A stretch of 64,000 nt of DNA from a virus. The stretch is from positions 3,390 through 67,389 of IMG/VR virus record IMGVR_UViG_3300029568_000024; one strand, 5' to 3'. Position 1 is the stretch's first letter. Each line of letters opens with the position of its first letter. Under the pieces are notes generated by a model. It had not been told where the DNA came from. It was given only the letters and a program-made list of their open reading frames with translations, and did no database searches. Below are positions 1-9,542 of this stretch, piece after piece. The position numbers and the translations under genes were made by a program.

Positions 1-3000
1 AAACTAGTCATATCAAACTTCCGCGTATCCATCCAATATCTTGGGTATGGAATGTTTACACGCTGCAGGTAATCATAAGTATATTGATCTGGCTGACCAT
101 TTAAGAAGTCAGCAAAGATTGGCATAATGGTTTTCTCAGTATACCTGTTGATATATACATCACCAGCAAATATGGGAGAGGAAGAAAATTTAGTTTGAGG
201 ATTATTAGCTGATACTAGTTCTACAGTACCCCGCATTTGAATCTGCTTAATACCATCAAGCTGACCATACTGATTTTCAGCATCAAACTTTAAAGCACCA
301 TAAACTGCTGATATATCTCTCTTTTGTTCTTGCTCAGGATTCCTTAAATATTTATTAGCTAAAAGCTCAAAAAATGGACCATCGCCATCTCCGCTAAGAA
401 CATATCTTGATTTATCTACAATACTAGGATCATCTATATTATCTGTAGTAGCAACTGCTACGGTGTCTGGTCTAAATAGATTATTAACCTTAAAACCGTT
501 AAAAGACTGATATGTGCTACCTATATAGTTTGAGTCTTCATTTCTAGTCCTATACACTTGACCATTTGGTCTAGTAGTAAATGTATCATAGAAGCCATGA
601 GAGTTATGCTTAAATGCAAAATCCTCTTCCTTAATGAGACCATAGATTAACTCTATAATTTCATTTCCACCATCTGCAATATTGAAACGAGCAATAAAAT
701 AACCAAAGGCTGCTTGTAGAAACTTTGGAAGATTGCCACTAGGATGTTCAACCTTATATCTTTCAATATTCTTACCAGAGTCTGTACCTGGTGTACGAGA
801 AGCTAAAGCAAGATTTTTAGTTTGCCCAACTTGCATCGTAATATTAGCAGCTCCTTGTCCCAGCCAAATAGTGCTTATATCGAGTACATCTTTTAGTAAT
901 AACTCTGCTAGCAAATCAAACAAACTACCTATCCCAAAGAGATTTGCAACTTGTTCAGCACTAATCAATTCAAATGTAGACCATGTATTTATTGGAAACG
1001 GTACATTAGGTGCATATGGTACCGATCCCCCAGTACCTGCAACTAGTGTCTGATCATTAGCAATAAGATTATTGTTTATACTTAAACCTTGTAGTTCAGA
1101 CTCCTGAGTTCCTCTTATTCTTGAAATTGCATAGCCAATACCAATAATACTAGCAATGATAGATGCAATATTTCTGATTAATTTATTCTGAGGATGATTC
1201 TCTGACTTAATAAAATGCCCTACAGATGTACCGGAAAGATCTCCATATAGTCTTGTTTCATAAGCATTCAAGAAAGGTCTTTTGAACATCAACTCTGGTG
1301 AGTGGAATGTAAAGAACTTCTTAGCTACACTTGTAAGTGGTTTAAAGTCTTTAATAGAATCAGCATACTTTTGAGTACCATCTGTTCTATGATCATCTCT
1401 TCTATTACCATCATGGAAATAAACATCAGGTCTTAGATCATTGTATGGATAGTTTGGATAAAGACCTACAGGATTACCCCCGGTCTGTCCACCCTCAGGA
1501 ATATTGTACTTACGCATATTCCTAAATATGCCCTTGGCTAGAATAGACTTCTGTCCTTCTCTTGAACCTCGTAAGATCTCATAACCAACTATATTTGGTA
1601 TGACAGTGCCATCATTAAAGACCGGAGGTTTGATATCACTAAACTGTACACCCAGCACTCTAATCCTACTATTAGAATCATTTGTCAAGTGTAACTCAGG
1701 CCCACGTTCTTCAGTTGGCATCTTATGGTGGCGAATGTACTTACCGCATAAGTCAAAACGAGAGTCTCCCGTACCACCAATGTTTACTCCTGTAGTTACA
1801 TCTGTGTAAGTAGCATTCCAGATTTCAGGTTGTGTTGCAGGATACTTCTCTGTAGACTGCCAGTAACTCATCTCACCCTTGGCAATAACCAAACCTCCAT
1901 CTCCTGTAGGATTATTTAATCCTGTCGCCTGAATAGTAGATGTATCGTATACCTGAAAGTTTTTCTCTCTAGAGCTTAAAACATTAAGACCTCCGCCACC
2001 TGCTAGACTATCTTCACTACTATTGATCTGCTCATTAAACTGATTCCTAAAGGAACTCTTTGGTGGTCTGCCTGGAATATGATAAGACTTAGATCTTTCA
2101 CCAGTATTATAAATCCATCTGATAAAAAAAGCATACTGCTCATCACGCATAAAGCCAGTGCTGTTACCTCCCTTGCGATAATACTCAGCAGGATATTCAG
2201 CAACTACCCATTCAGTTTTAATCTGATTAGCTCTGGGTTGATAGTTAAAATCAAATTGTTCTGTAGGACCTTTACGTATAAGCCAATCATTAACAACAAA
2301 CATTGCATCTGACTTCTCATACGCAGGGCTTCTAGCTGGTAACAATTCTAATGGGATACTGACTAATGACTGATCTATATAGTCAACAGAAATAGAACTA
2401 GTCTCAGTGCTATACAACCCAATCTTCTTGGCTACATAATTATTTGCGTTGTTGCTAAGAATAACTAATTCAAAAAACTCAAAGTCTTTATCCAGATTAG
2501 ACACCTTAATATCCAGAGACCCTGCAGTGCCGTCATGATCAAAAAGACTCTGTAGATTAGATACACCAATATAGTCTGTTACTCTCTGCTCATTTACAGT
2601 ATAGGCTATATAAGCTTGATACATACCATTCCTTAAAGATCCTCCATCGGGAGCTTTGGAAAGTTTCACAATAGGAGTATCAAGAAGAGGTGCTAGTCGA
2701 AGTGCCTCACAATCTAATATGGTTGTGTCTTCATAGATAACACAATCATCACCAGGTGTAGAGGTAACAGTCTGCTGATAGGGAATATTGTCTAAATTAA
2801 GAGTGCGAGATGGATTTCTCCCATCATCCCAGTATACTTGCCAACTACAGTCAAAGTTTTCTTTTGCGGCACCTTGAATTAAATTCTCTTTGTTGAAGTT
2901 AAGACACTTGGAATTGACCAAAGTTTTATACTCGCATTTACTATCATCAAAGAGACCTATCTCAGAGTTAGTGTTATCAGTGGTATACAGCACCCACTCA

Positions 3001-3245
3001 TCTGCATATAAGTGCACTGTTCCAATAACTGTATATGGAACTACACCACAGGCTAAGTTAGCTGGTTCATTACCCAGTACTCCTACATCACCGTCTGTAG
3101 AATTGTTTGCAGCGTTTCTTGCGTGAGTCCAAGATTGTTTGGGTTCGTAACTAGGATTGATATCCTTGTTCATACCCTTCACAAAAACATTAGTCTCTAC
3201 AGAGTCAGCACCTTTGTTCTGAATATTTTGTTTCTTCTTAGCCAT
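1..3245 (-). CDS. Tail stabilization protein (crAss-like, P22 gp10-like), 3'-partial; runs off window start
   Basis: Absent from the ORF track (no stop in window). Hand translation from ATG at 3245 gives MAKKKQNIQNKGADSVETNVFVKGMNKD...VYWDDGRNPSRTLNLDN; the same frame is open near position 1 (VNIPYPRYWMDTRKFD). The F.KGMN.D start and YW.DG.NP.R motif are typical of crAss-like stabilization proteins. The whole frame was not verified codon by codon. Confidence 0.7.
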   Translation of the reverse strand, partial: MAKKKQNIQNKGADSVETNVFVKGMNKDINPSYEPKQSWTHARNAANNSTDGDVGVLGNEPANLACGVVPYTVIGTVHLYADEWVLYTTDNTNSEIGLFDDSKCEYKTLVNSKCLNFNKENLIQGAAKENFDCSWQVYWDDGRNPSRTLNLDNIPYQQTVTSTPGDDCVIYEDTTILDCEALRLAPLLDTPIVKLSKAPDGGSLRNGMYQAYIAYTVNEQRVTDYIGVSNLQSLFDHDGTAGSLDIKVSNLDKDFEFFELVILSNNANNYVAKKIGLYSTETSSISVDYIDQSLVSIPLELLPARSPAYEKSDAMFVVNDWLIRKGPTEQFDFNYQPRANQIKTEWVVAEYPAEYYRKGGNSTGFMRDEQYAFFIRWIYNTGERSKSYHIPGRPPKSSFRNQFNEQINSSEDSLAGGGGLNVLSSREKNFQVYDTSTIQATGLNNPTGDGGLVIAKGEMSYWQSTEKYPATQPEIWNATYTDVTTGVNIGGTGDSRFDLCGKYIRHHKMPTEERGPELHLTNDSNSRIRVLGVQFSDIKPPVFNDGTVIPNIVGYEILRGSREGQKSILAKGIFRNMRKYNIPEGGQTGGNPVGLYPNYPYNDLRPDVYFHDGNRRDDHRTDGTQKYADSIKDFKPLTSVAKKFFTFHSPELMFKRPFLNAYETRLYGDLSGTSVGHFIKSENHPQNKLIRNIASIIASIIGIGYAISRIRGTQESELQGLSINNNLIANDQTLVAGTGGSVPYAPNVPFPINTWSTFELISAEQVANLFGIGSLFDLLAELLLKDVLDISTIWLGQGAANITMQVGQTKNLALASRTPGTDSGKNIERYKVEHPSGNLPKFLQAAFGYFIARFNIADGGNEIIELIYGLIKEEDFAFKHNSHGFYDTFTTRPNGQVYRTRNEDSNYIGSTYQSFNGFKVNNLFRPDTVAVATTDNIDDPSIVDKSRYVLSGDGDGPFFELLANKYLRNPEQEQKRDISAVYGALKFDAENQYGQLDGIKQIQMRGTVELVSANNPQTKFSSSPIFAGDVYINRYTEKTIMPIFADFLNGQPDQYTYDYLQRVNIPYPRYWMDTRKFDMTS

Positions 3246-3256
3246 AGTTCACCTTG

Positions 3257-4135
3257 TTATACAGGATAACTCTTGAACATATTATAGTAATTGTGATACT
3301 GCGCTCTTCTGTTTAACCACCAGATCTTCTGCATCTCTTTAAAGTCTGGAGTATTTACAAATCCAAGTGCGTTATTTCTTGCAGCTCTCAAACGTCCTTC
3401 TATTAGACCTAATTGATTAGCCACATTCTCTCCGGCAAAAACCATGTTCTCAAGAATCCTCTGCTTCAAGGCATACTCGTAGTATTCATTGCAATAAGGA
3501 TGATCCAGTACAAGCAATCTTCCTTGAGAGTCTTCCATGGCTCCTTGGAAACTGATATATACTTTACCTGTTGTAAAGTTTGTAAGAAGATAACCGTCTT
3601 TTATTTCAGCAATATCTGATGCTTGCTCTCCGACATTTGGACAATCACAAGTAGCATCATTTACATTCTGGATCCTCAAAGGATAGAATGCAGTGTAAGT
3701 TCTATACTCTCCACCGCCAATCTTCTGAACTAACTGATACTGATTCTTGTCTTCACAGGTCTTAATAACACATACCTCTTTACATTCCGGATCATCACAT
3801 GGTCCGGACTCATCTGGAGCTGGTACATAAGGCACAGGGTTATCTGTCTCTACATGTGTACCAGACGGCATCTGAGTAGAGATGCTATAGTCACCACACA
3901 TAAAAGCATAGTTCAAAGAAAAGAAATCACTTGGAAGCTTGGTCTTACCATGCTCTACATCCAGCACCACTTCTTTGGTTCTATTGATTCTTAAACCAAG
4001 ATCATAATTTACTCTCGTTGCAACTTTAATTAACTGCTGAGGTTCAATCATCCCCTCCATTGCATATGTAGAAAAATCTACTGTTACATCTTCAAGTAAC
4101 TGATCAAAAGTTCTATACTTATGTGATACGCTCAT
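3257..4135 (-). CDS. Putative tail ring/tubular protein with Cys-rich insertion
   Basis: 292 aa, directly upstream of the stabilization gene; helical N- and C-termini as in crAss-like ring proteins; internal PCDDPECKEVC segment. Confidence 0.5.
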   Translation of the reverse strand: MSVSHKYRTFDQLLEDVTVDFSTYAMEGMIEPQQLIKVATRVNYDLGLRINRTKEVVLDVEHGKTKLPSDFFSLNYAFMCGDYSISTQMPSGTHVETDNPVPYVPAPDESGPCDDPECKEVCVIKTCEDKNQYQLVQKIGGGEYRTYTAFYPLRIQNVNDATCDCPNVGEQASDIAEIKDGYLLTNFTTGKVYISFQGAMEDSQGRLLVLDHPYCNEYYEYALKQRILENMVFAGENVANQLGLIEGRLRAARNNALGFVNTPDFKEMQKIWWLNRRAQYHNYYNMFKSYPV

Positions 4136-4138
4136 GAT

Positions 4139-4426
4139 TTACCATTTTACTTTATGAGACCAGTAACGTGCTGAAAAAATATCCGGCTTAGAATCCTGGG
4201 CATTATGCCTAGCGTAGTAACTCTTCTTTCGTGCTTTATCTTTCGCACTCTTAGGATTCTTACCTGCACCCTTTACACCTTGCTGACCAAAGCGGATAAG
4301 CTTTGTCTTATCACCTTTCTTAGCTACAACAACGTGTGACTTTGTAGGATGGCTTGGTGTCCTCTTAGGTTTGTTATAACCTGATACACCAGCTCTAGTT
4401 AACTTTGGATCCTTCTTAGCTGCCAT
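4139..4426 (-). CDS. Small Lys/Arg-rich protein (RFGQQG...SARYWS family of aquatic phages)
   Basis: 95 aa, very basic; motifs KLIRFGQQG, ARKKSYYARH, SARYWSHKVKW. Confidence 0.65.
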   Translation of the reverse strand: MAAKKDPKLTRAGVSGYNKPKRTPSHPTKSHVVVAKKGDKTKLIRFGQQGVKGAGKNPKSAKDKARKKSYYARHNAQDSKPDIFSARYWSHKVKW

Positions 4427-4429
4427 GAT

Positions 4430-4963
4430 TTATGAATGTGCTTTAGCTTGAATAATAATCCATCTTGTTCCATCGGACCAAAGAGTAATACCTTCAAAAT
4501 GTTGATTAATCTGATAGTTGGTATTACTTTCATCTATAAACTGACCATTAAAGGTTACAAGCTCAGCATGATTGCTTCCCTGCATAGAGGCATCAGATAT
4601 AAAACGAATAACTCTATACTTGTAAGCTGCTGATGTTGCATCTGGTAAAAGCACTTGATAGGTAGCATTTCCAACTCCTGTGTGCTTTAGATACACCATC
4701 CAGTCATCAGAAGCTGTAAGATCAAATACATCTCCACCACTACCTTCAATCACCCTCGGTATAATAAACTTTGTACCTTCTAATACATAGGATTTTAAAT
4801 CCTTTGCCTTTATCAAATTAGAATCAGCCTCGGGTTCTGGTTTTAATTCTTTCTTTACAGTTTTAGTTCTTTTACTAATAAAAAAGAAATCTTCATCACT
4901 AGGAATAGATATAAACAACCTACGTTTAATCATCCCCATTATGTCTTGTAAAATATTACTCAT
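4430..4963 (-). CDS. Putative fibre/decoration protein; N-terminus paralogous to 5682..6350
   Basis: 177 aa; MSNILQDIMGMIKRR start; beta-rich C-terminus ending ITLWSDGTRWIIIQ. Confidence 0.45.
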   Translation of the reverse strand: MSNILQDIMGMIKRRLFISIPSDEDFFFISKRTKTVKKELKPEPEADSNLIKAKDLKSYVLEGTKFIIPRVIEGSGGDVFDLTASDDWMVYLKHTGVGNATYQVLLPDATSAAYKYRVIRFISDASMQGSNHAELVTFNGQFIDESNTNYQINQHFEGITLWSDGTRWIIIQAKAHS

Positions 4964-5202
4964 CTCTTTTTGCCTTTATGAAGTCCATGTTTTGCATGCT
5001 GCTTGCCTTTCTTAGTAGCGGCACGTTTCTTTTTATTAGCAGCAGCTAACTTCTTTCTACCAGCTGCAGTACTCTTAAGCTTTCTGATAGTAGCAGACGG
5101 CGCATACACTTCTCCTGTCTCAGAAGATTTCTTTCCTGATGGAGTTCTCCACTTCTGTTTAGTCCATCTATCTAAACTCTTTTGTCTTGCCGTCTTTGCC
5201 AT
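4960..5202 (-). CDS. Small basic protein (SLDRWTKQKWRT motif)
   Basis: 80 aa, K/R-rich, translationally coupled to neighbours. Confidence 0.6.
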   Translation of the reverse strand: MAKTARQKSLDRWTKQKWRTPSGKKSSETGEVYAPSATIRKLKSTAAGRKKLAAANKKKRAATKKGKQHAKHGLHKGKKR

Positions 5203-5468
5203 TACTTGCTATGTTTCTTTTGGATCTTAAACTTAGCTGTTAATGACGCACCAGGATGCTTTACAAATTTCCCAGAGTGTTTCATCAACTTATATCCAGA
5301 TCCGTCCTTCATCCAATGAAAACCCTCAGGAGCTTTTACAGACTTCATGCTAGTAGATCCACCTTTCTTATAAACACTCTTAGCCATAGGTTTTGCACCC
5401 TTAGGTTTCTTACCCTTCTGCTTCATGTTTACCGCTATTGCAGCTTGTTGTTTTCTAGAACTAGCCAT
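5202..5468 (-). CDS. Small basic protein
   Basis: 88 aa K-rich; APEGFHWMK motif; overlapping start/stop with both neighbours. Confidence 0.6.
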   Translation of the reverse strand: MASSRKQQAAIAVNMKQKGKKPKGAKPMAKSVYKKGGSTSMKSVKAPEGFHWMKDGSGYKLMKHSGKFVKHPGASLTAKFKIQKKHSK

Positions 5469-5677
5469 TACTTCTTAGTTTTATAACCGCCGCCCGCAGC
5501 CTTATATCGCTTGGCTAACATCTGTGCTTTACGTGCAGACCACTGTCCAGGCTTACCACCTTTACCACTAGCTTTGATTTCATTAAACAATCTCTTACGC
5601 AAACTGGGCTTAGTATAGTTACCAGAAGCGTTAACTGTGCTTTTCTTTTTTGCAGGTGCTTTTTTTCTTGGAGGCAT
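5468..5677 (-). CDS. Small basic protein (GQWSARKAQ motif, DUF5872-like)
   Basis: 69 aa; YTKPSLRKR...GGKPGQWSARKAQMLAKRYKAAGGGYK. Confidence 0.6.
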   Translation of the reverse strand: MPPRKKAPAKKKSTVNASGNYTKPSLRKRLFNEIKASGKGGKPGQWSARKAQMLAKRYKAAGGGYKTKK

Positions 5678-5681
5678 AATC

Positions 5682-6350
5682 TTATGTTAATTCAACTAAA
5701 AATGAAACTTCAACTTCATTAGTGTTAGCATTGACGCTTCCAGCATTAATTGTTGCTGCCAATGAAAACATTGTACCTGCTGGTATTTCTAGAGGAGCGC
5801 TAAGATTTTCAACAAAACCAGGATTACCATTATCAGCAACAGTCCAACGTTTAGCTAATGAACCAGCATATGTCCAAATACCTGAATCATTCGGCCTACC
5901 ATTTGCTAGTTGATCTGATGTCCAAATTTTAAATTCAAAATCAGCATCAGCAGAAAAAGTTACAGCATTTCCAGTCATCTTTGCTGTAGCAGCAATAATC
6001 TTTAAATTCCTTGGTGCTACAAGTACAGATGTGTGTGCATTCACTGCAGCACCTCGCACAGTCCATTCTGCAGGTTCTCCGCCAAAAGGTGTGTTGGGAG
6101 AATCTCCACTCCCAAAGTCTTCAATAACTCCATTATAAACTAAATAGCCTTTTGGAATAGAGTCTTGAACATACTTTACTAAGTCCTCTGCTTTAGTAAT
6201 TCTTGTAATAACCTTAGGTTCTTCAAGTACACCTTTATTCCTGCGTAGATTCTTTCTATATCTAGCAAATGGGATAAAATCTCCGTTCTCAACTTTAGAG
6301 ATCTCCCTTCTCTTCAACATCCCAAGTATGTCTGTGAGTATATTATTCAT
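5682..6350 (-). CDS. Putative fibre/decoration protein; N-terminus paralogous to 4430..4963
   Basis: 222 aa; MNNILTDILGMLKRR start; beta-sandwich-like C-terminus. Confidence 0.45.
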   Translation of the reverse strand: MNNILTDILGMLKRREISKVENGDFIPFARYRKNLRRNKGVLEEPKVITRITKAEDLVKYVQDSIPKGYLVYNGVIEDFGSGDSPNTPFGGEPAEWTVRGAAVNAHTSVLVAPRNLKIIAATAKMTGNAVTFSADADFEFKIWTSDQLANGRPNDSGIWTYAGSLAKRWTVADNGNPGFVENLSAPLEIPAGTMFSLAATINAGSVNANTNEVEVSFLVELT

Positions 6351-6369
6351 TGTATTCTACTTTAAATTA

Positions 6370-7041
6370 TTATCTATGAACACTCTGTTTATTATCTGCA
6401 TCTTCTGCAGGCACTTTTACTGTATTTAATATTACCGCAAGAACCTGCTGTTCAATCTCAGCAAATAAAAACTCCGGTACAAAAAACTGTTGTAAGTATC
6501 TAGGTACACAGTTATCATCTTCATCACATGTCCATCTAGATATATCGCCTTCAAATACACCCTCCAACTTTATAGCATCCCATTCAATGTTAGGCATATA
6601 CAGATAGCCATTTAAGTACCAGTAATACTTTGTTGTATTGTACTTAAAAGAGGTTGTTTTAGACATTGAGGTATAAGTCCCTGGGGTTGTAGGTTGTAAC
6701 TCTATAGAGCCGTCCAAAGAACTAACAGTCCTGATCAAAGGACCCCAGTATCCTTCCATAAATGTTGGCAGCTTTTCCTTAGTCCTCTTGATTGTACAAC
6801 CACTGGCTATACCAGAACAGCTAGCTTCAACCCGATCTACCTCAATCAAGTTTAAAAATGGAAGCGTCTGCCACACACTATTAAACTTCATCAGTTTATT
6901 AGCACTATCCTGCCTACGCATAAGCAGCTGAGCAAACTTTAAAATAAGACTATATATGTAGCGGTCAGTAACAAAAGCATCTTGCACCTCTGCTTTTACC
7001 TGTCCTCTGACTCTTGATACTACATCTCCTATTGTTGTCAT
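6370..7041 (-). CDS. Putative tail ring/adaptor protein
   Basis: Likely start MTTIGDVVSRVR at 7041 (track start 7065); position and helical N-terminus as in crAss-like ring proteins. Confidence 0.45.
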   Translation of the reverse strand: MTTIGDVVSRVRGQVKAEVQDAFVTDRYIYSLILKFAQLLMRRQDSANKLMKFNSVWQTLPFLNLIEVDRVEASCSGIASGCTIKRTKEKLPTFMEGYWGPLIRTVSSLDGSIELQPTTPGTYTSMSKTTSFKYNTTKYYWYLNGYLYMPNIEWDAIKLEGVFEGDISRWTCDEDDNCVPRYLQQFFVPEFLFAEIEQQVLAVILNTVKVPAEDADNKQSVHR

Positions 7042-7045
7042 TCTC

Positions 7046-7606
7046 TTAGCTTTCAAATTCATCATATCCCTTCAGATCACTCTCTGGAGGGGTAAAGTTG
7101 AAAAGATGTGCTATCCTATACTTGTTCTTCATAATCCTATACTTATTCCAGTTCTCTGGATAAGTCTTGGCTACAGATCTCTTAAACTTCCTACACGCTG
7201 TGAATCTCCAAAACTCCCTGTTGCGAAATCTATATTTAGTAGACCAGTTCGTATAAAATATCTTTCCTATGTTTCCGTCAGTTTCCCAATTCTTGTTTTG
7301 CAAAACCTTGCCATATTCCTTTGATAATGAGTAGTTTGTATTCACTGATTTAGCCGGAGCACAAGTACCTATAAAAAGATACCCTAATGAATCAGGTAAT
7401 TCAACACCATCTCTATTATCAATCACTCCATTCCACAACTTATTATTATATATCCTAATTATATCCTTCAACTTGTTGTTATCAATATTCTCATAATGAG
7501 GATACTTACTCTTAAACTTATTAATCACCTCAGCATTTAGAAGCCCAAGCCTTTTCTCTCTGTATCTCGGAGCATTTAGGTCGGGCTCTTTGAAATTATT
7601 AATCAT
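7046..7606 (-). CDS. HU/IHF-like DNA-binding protein (divergent)
   Basis: 186 aa basic; GVELPDSLGYLFI resembles the HU/IHF beta-arm entry; similar genes sit beside ring genes in crAss-like phages. Confidence 0.4.
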   Translation of the reverse strand: MINNFKEPDLNAPRYREKRLGLLNAEVINKFKSKYPHYENIDNNKLKDIIRIYNNKLWNGVIDNRDGVELPDSLGYLFIGTCAPAKSVNTNYSLSKEYGKVLQNKNWETDGNIGKIFYTNWSTKYRFRNREFWRFTACRKFKRSVAKTYPENWNKYRIMKNKYRIAHLFNFTPPESDLKGYDEFES

Positions 7607-7650
7607 AGTCTATAGTTATAATTTACAAAAAAAAGAGCACTTATAAAAGT

Positions 7651-8862
7651 TTAAAGTGCCTGATAAGTGAGCTCGCAGATGTTACCCATCTCAGGGTGTT
7701 GTAACTCAATCTTACCTGCTCTCTGGTTACCTACGTACTTATTGTGGTAATGGTAGTAATCAGTCTTGCATAGACTAGGGAGAGTCTTATGTATAAAGCC
7801 GGTATTCTCAGAAGTAGTTACATACTCCACCTTTCTGTTCTGATGATAGTGTCCTGCAAATAGGGTCCTATTCTTAGTACATCCCCACTCTTTAGCATAC
7901 TCTGTTGCATATACTAATGGTGTGTTCTTAGCTGGTACATCACCATGTTCAAAAGCGTTAAAGTTATCATGCCACACATGTACCTTTCTTTCTGCATATT
8001 CAATGTCCCAAGTAATATTAGGATCTGATATAGCTTTAGAAAGAGCATGAGCTAGGTGAAAGGATGATAACCTATCATGGTTACCCGGTATGTAAACTAC
8101 AACGAGCTCATCACAAAAAGCCTTTGCATAGTTTAGTCCCCAGTGCATAGCATCAAATGCTTGGATATATGCATCGGTTGCCATGCTACAATTATCTAAT
8201 GGTGTACCGCTAGTAGTAGTCCCAGAGAAAGAATCCATGTTAATCATGTCACCGCCTACTACAAAGAATAACTTCTCTATGTGGTGTGCTGCACTACCTC
8301 TAAGTAAAAGATCCTTGAGTGTGTCTTCAAAGTCTTTGTCAATGGTTTCATTTCCCTGCTTGCCAAAATGGATATCCTGTAAAGAAATAATGCCACAAAC
8401 TTTCGTGGCATTCTTATTCAAAAAGTGATCTGGTTTTGTAATATTGTAGTCTCTTGGCTGCCAGTTCTTAATTACATCTTCTATGTAATTCTTATCCTCT
8501 TGCTTGACTCTGGTTATAAAAGCAGACACCCTCCAATGATCCCCCATCTGCTTATTCCAGTATGAGGCTAAACGCCATTGTGTTGTATCAATCTTTAATA
8601 GCTTGACTATCTCTTCCGGAGACTTAGGTTCATGATCAAATGTACCTGCTATCTTACCCTCTCCTTTTTCTAGATTAATTTCCTCAGTAAACTGCTCATT
8701 CTTTGCAGATCCACTAAAGAACTTTTTCTTCTTTTTTCTTTCTGAAATAATCTCACGTTTAATCTTAGAATATGTTTTTTCAGAGATATCTAAACGTGCT
8801 GCACAATACGGAACACTCTTTTTCCATTTAAGAGATTCTTCCACTTTTGCTTTTAAGCTCAT
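7651..8862 (-). CDS. Calcineurin-like metallophosphoesterase with N-terminal HTH-like region
   Basis: Motifs LQDIHFG, GGDMIN, IPGNHD, FEHGD, FAGHYH. Confidence 0.8.
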   Translation of the reverse strand: MSLKAKVEESLKWKKSVPYCAARLDISEKTYSKIKREIISERKKKKKFFSGSAKNEQFTEEINLEKGEGKIAGTFDHEPKSPEEIVKLLKIDTTQWRLASYWNKQMGDHWRVSAFITRVKQEDKNYIEDVIKNWQPRDYNITKPDHFLNKNATKVCGIISLQDIHFGKQGNETIDKDFEDTLKDLLLRGSAAHHIEKLFFVVGGDMINMDSFSGTTTSGTPLDNCSMATDAYIQAFDAMHWGLNYAKAFCDELVVVYIPGNHDRLSSFHLAHALSKAISDPNITWDIEYAERKVHVWHDNFNAFEHGDVPAKNTPLVYATEYAKEWGCTKNRTLFAGHYHQNRKVEYVTTSENTGFIHKTLPSLCKTDYYHYHNKYVGNQRAGKIELQHPEMGNICELTYQAL

Positions 8863-8876
8863 ACTTAGAAGTTTAT

Positions 8877-8884
8877 CAAATTTA
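8877..8884 (-). promoter_or_regulatory. Bacteroidota sigma-type -7 box (TAAATTTG)
   Basis: Matches TAnnTTTG 15 nt upstream of the phosphoesterase ATG; the same box occurs at 29849..29856(-), 56540..56547(+) and 56999..57006(+). Confidence 0.55.
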
Positions 8885-8900
8885 AAGAAATTAAATTAAC

Positions 8901-8928
8901 AAAAAAGAAGGCCCCCGCAGGGACCTTC
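8901..8928 (-). terminator. Intrinsic terminator
   Basis: GAAGG-TCCC/GGGG-CCTTC stem followed by T6 on minus strand, downstream of 8971..9528. Confidence 0.75.
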
Positions 8929-8970
8929 TCCAACATCTGTGATAGAAAACCAACAAACTACCACTTCCGT

Positions 8971-9528
8971 TTACGCCGTCAACGTTGTAGCAAATACAAT
9001 AACGGATTCAGGTTGTGTAGCACCATTATCAGCTATGATTCTAAACTTGTATTTTGTTTCAGCAACTAGACTGCTAATAGTTGCTTTGAACACACCAGCA
9101 GTCAAAGTTGCTGCTGTAGTCCAAGAAGATCCAACTGCAGTGTCATATTGAACTTGCAAGCTGGTAGTTCCAGTAGCCTCTCCAGACCACAATAATTCAA
9201 TAGATGAACTTGTAATGGTGCCAATATATAAGTTCAAAGGAGCATGGAATGAATTGCTTGCGTTGCCTGGAACAAGACCGTCTGCTAGTACAAGCATCAT
9301 CCTTTGTAAGATCTGCTCTAATCTTTCACCCGGTTGAATAACAAAAGTGTCTGCGTCAACATTCTCAACTAAAGTCTCAGGACCCGTCCAAGTCACACAA
9401 GCAGGAGATACTGATTCATCACATCTCTCAGCTGTAGAAGGGCATTCTGTATATGAACATGGATTAGTCAATGCGCTGTCTTTACAGCTACACTTGTTAG
9501 GACTACATTTGGTACAGTTACAACTCAT
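8971..9528 (-). CDS. Cys-rich virion protein with fibronectin type III domain
   Basis: N-terminal CNCTKCSPNKCSC; C-terminal TITSSSIELLW...SSLVAETKYKFRIIA FN3 pattern. Confidence 0.6.
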   Translation of the reverse strand: MSCNCTKCSPNKCSCKDSALTNPCSYTECPSTAERCDESVSPACVTWTGPETLVENVDADTFVIQPGERLEQILQRMMLVLADGLVPGNASNSFHAPLNLYIGTITSSSIELLWSGEATGTTSLQVQYDTAVGSSWTTAATLTAGVFKATISSLVAETKYKFRIIADNGATQPESVIVFATTLTA

Positions 9529-9542
9529 ATCTCAATTATTTA

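Noticed and set aside
733-3126. Short track ORFs at 733, 1600, 2003, 2079 and 2890
   Set aside because: All overlap the long minus-strand tail stabilization frame that the track missed.
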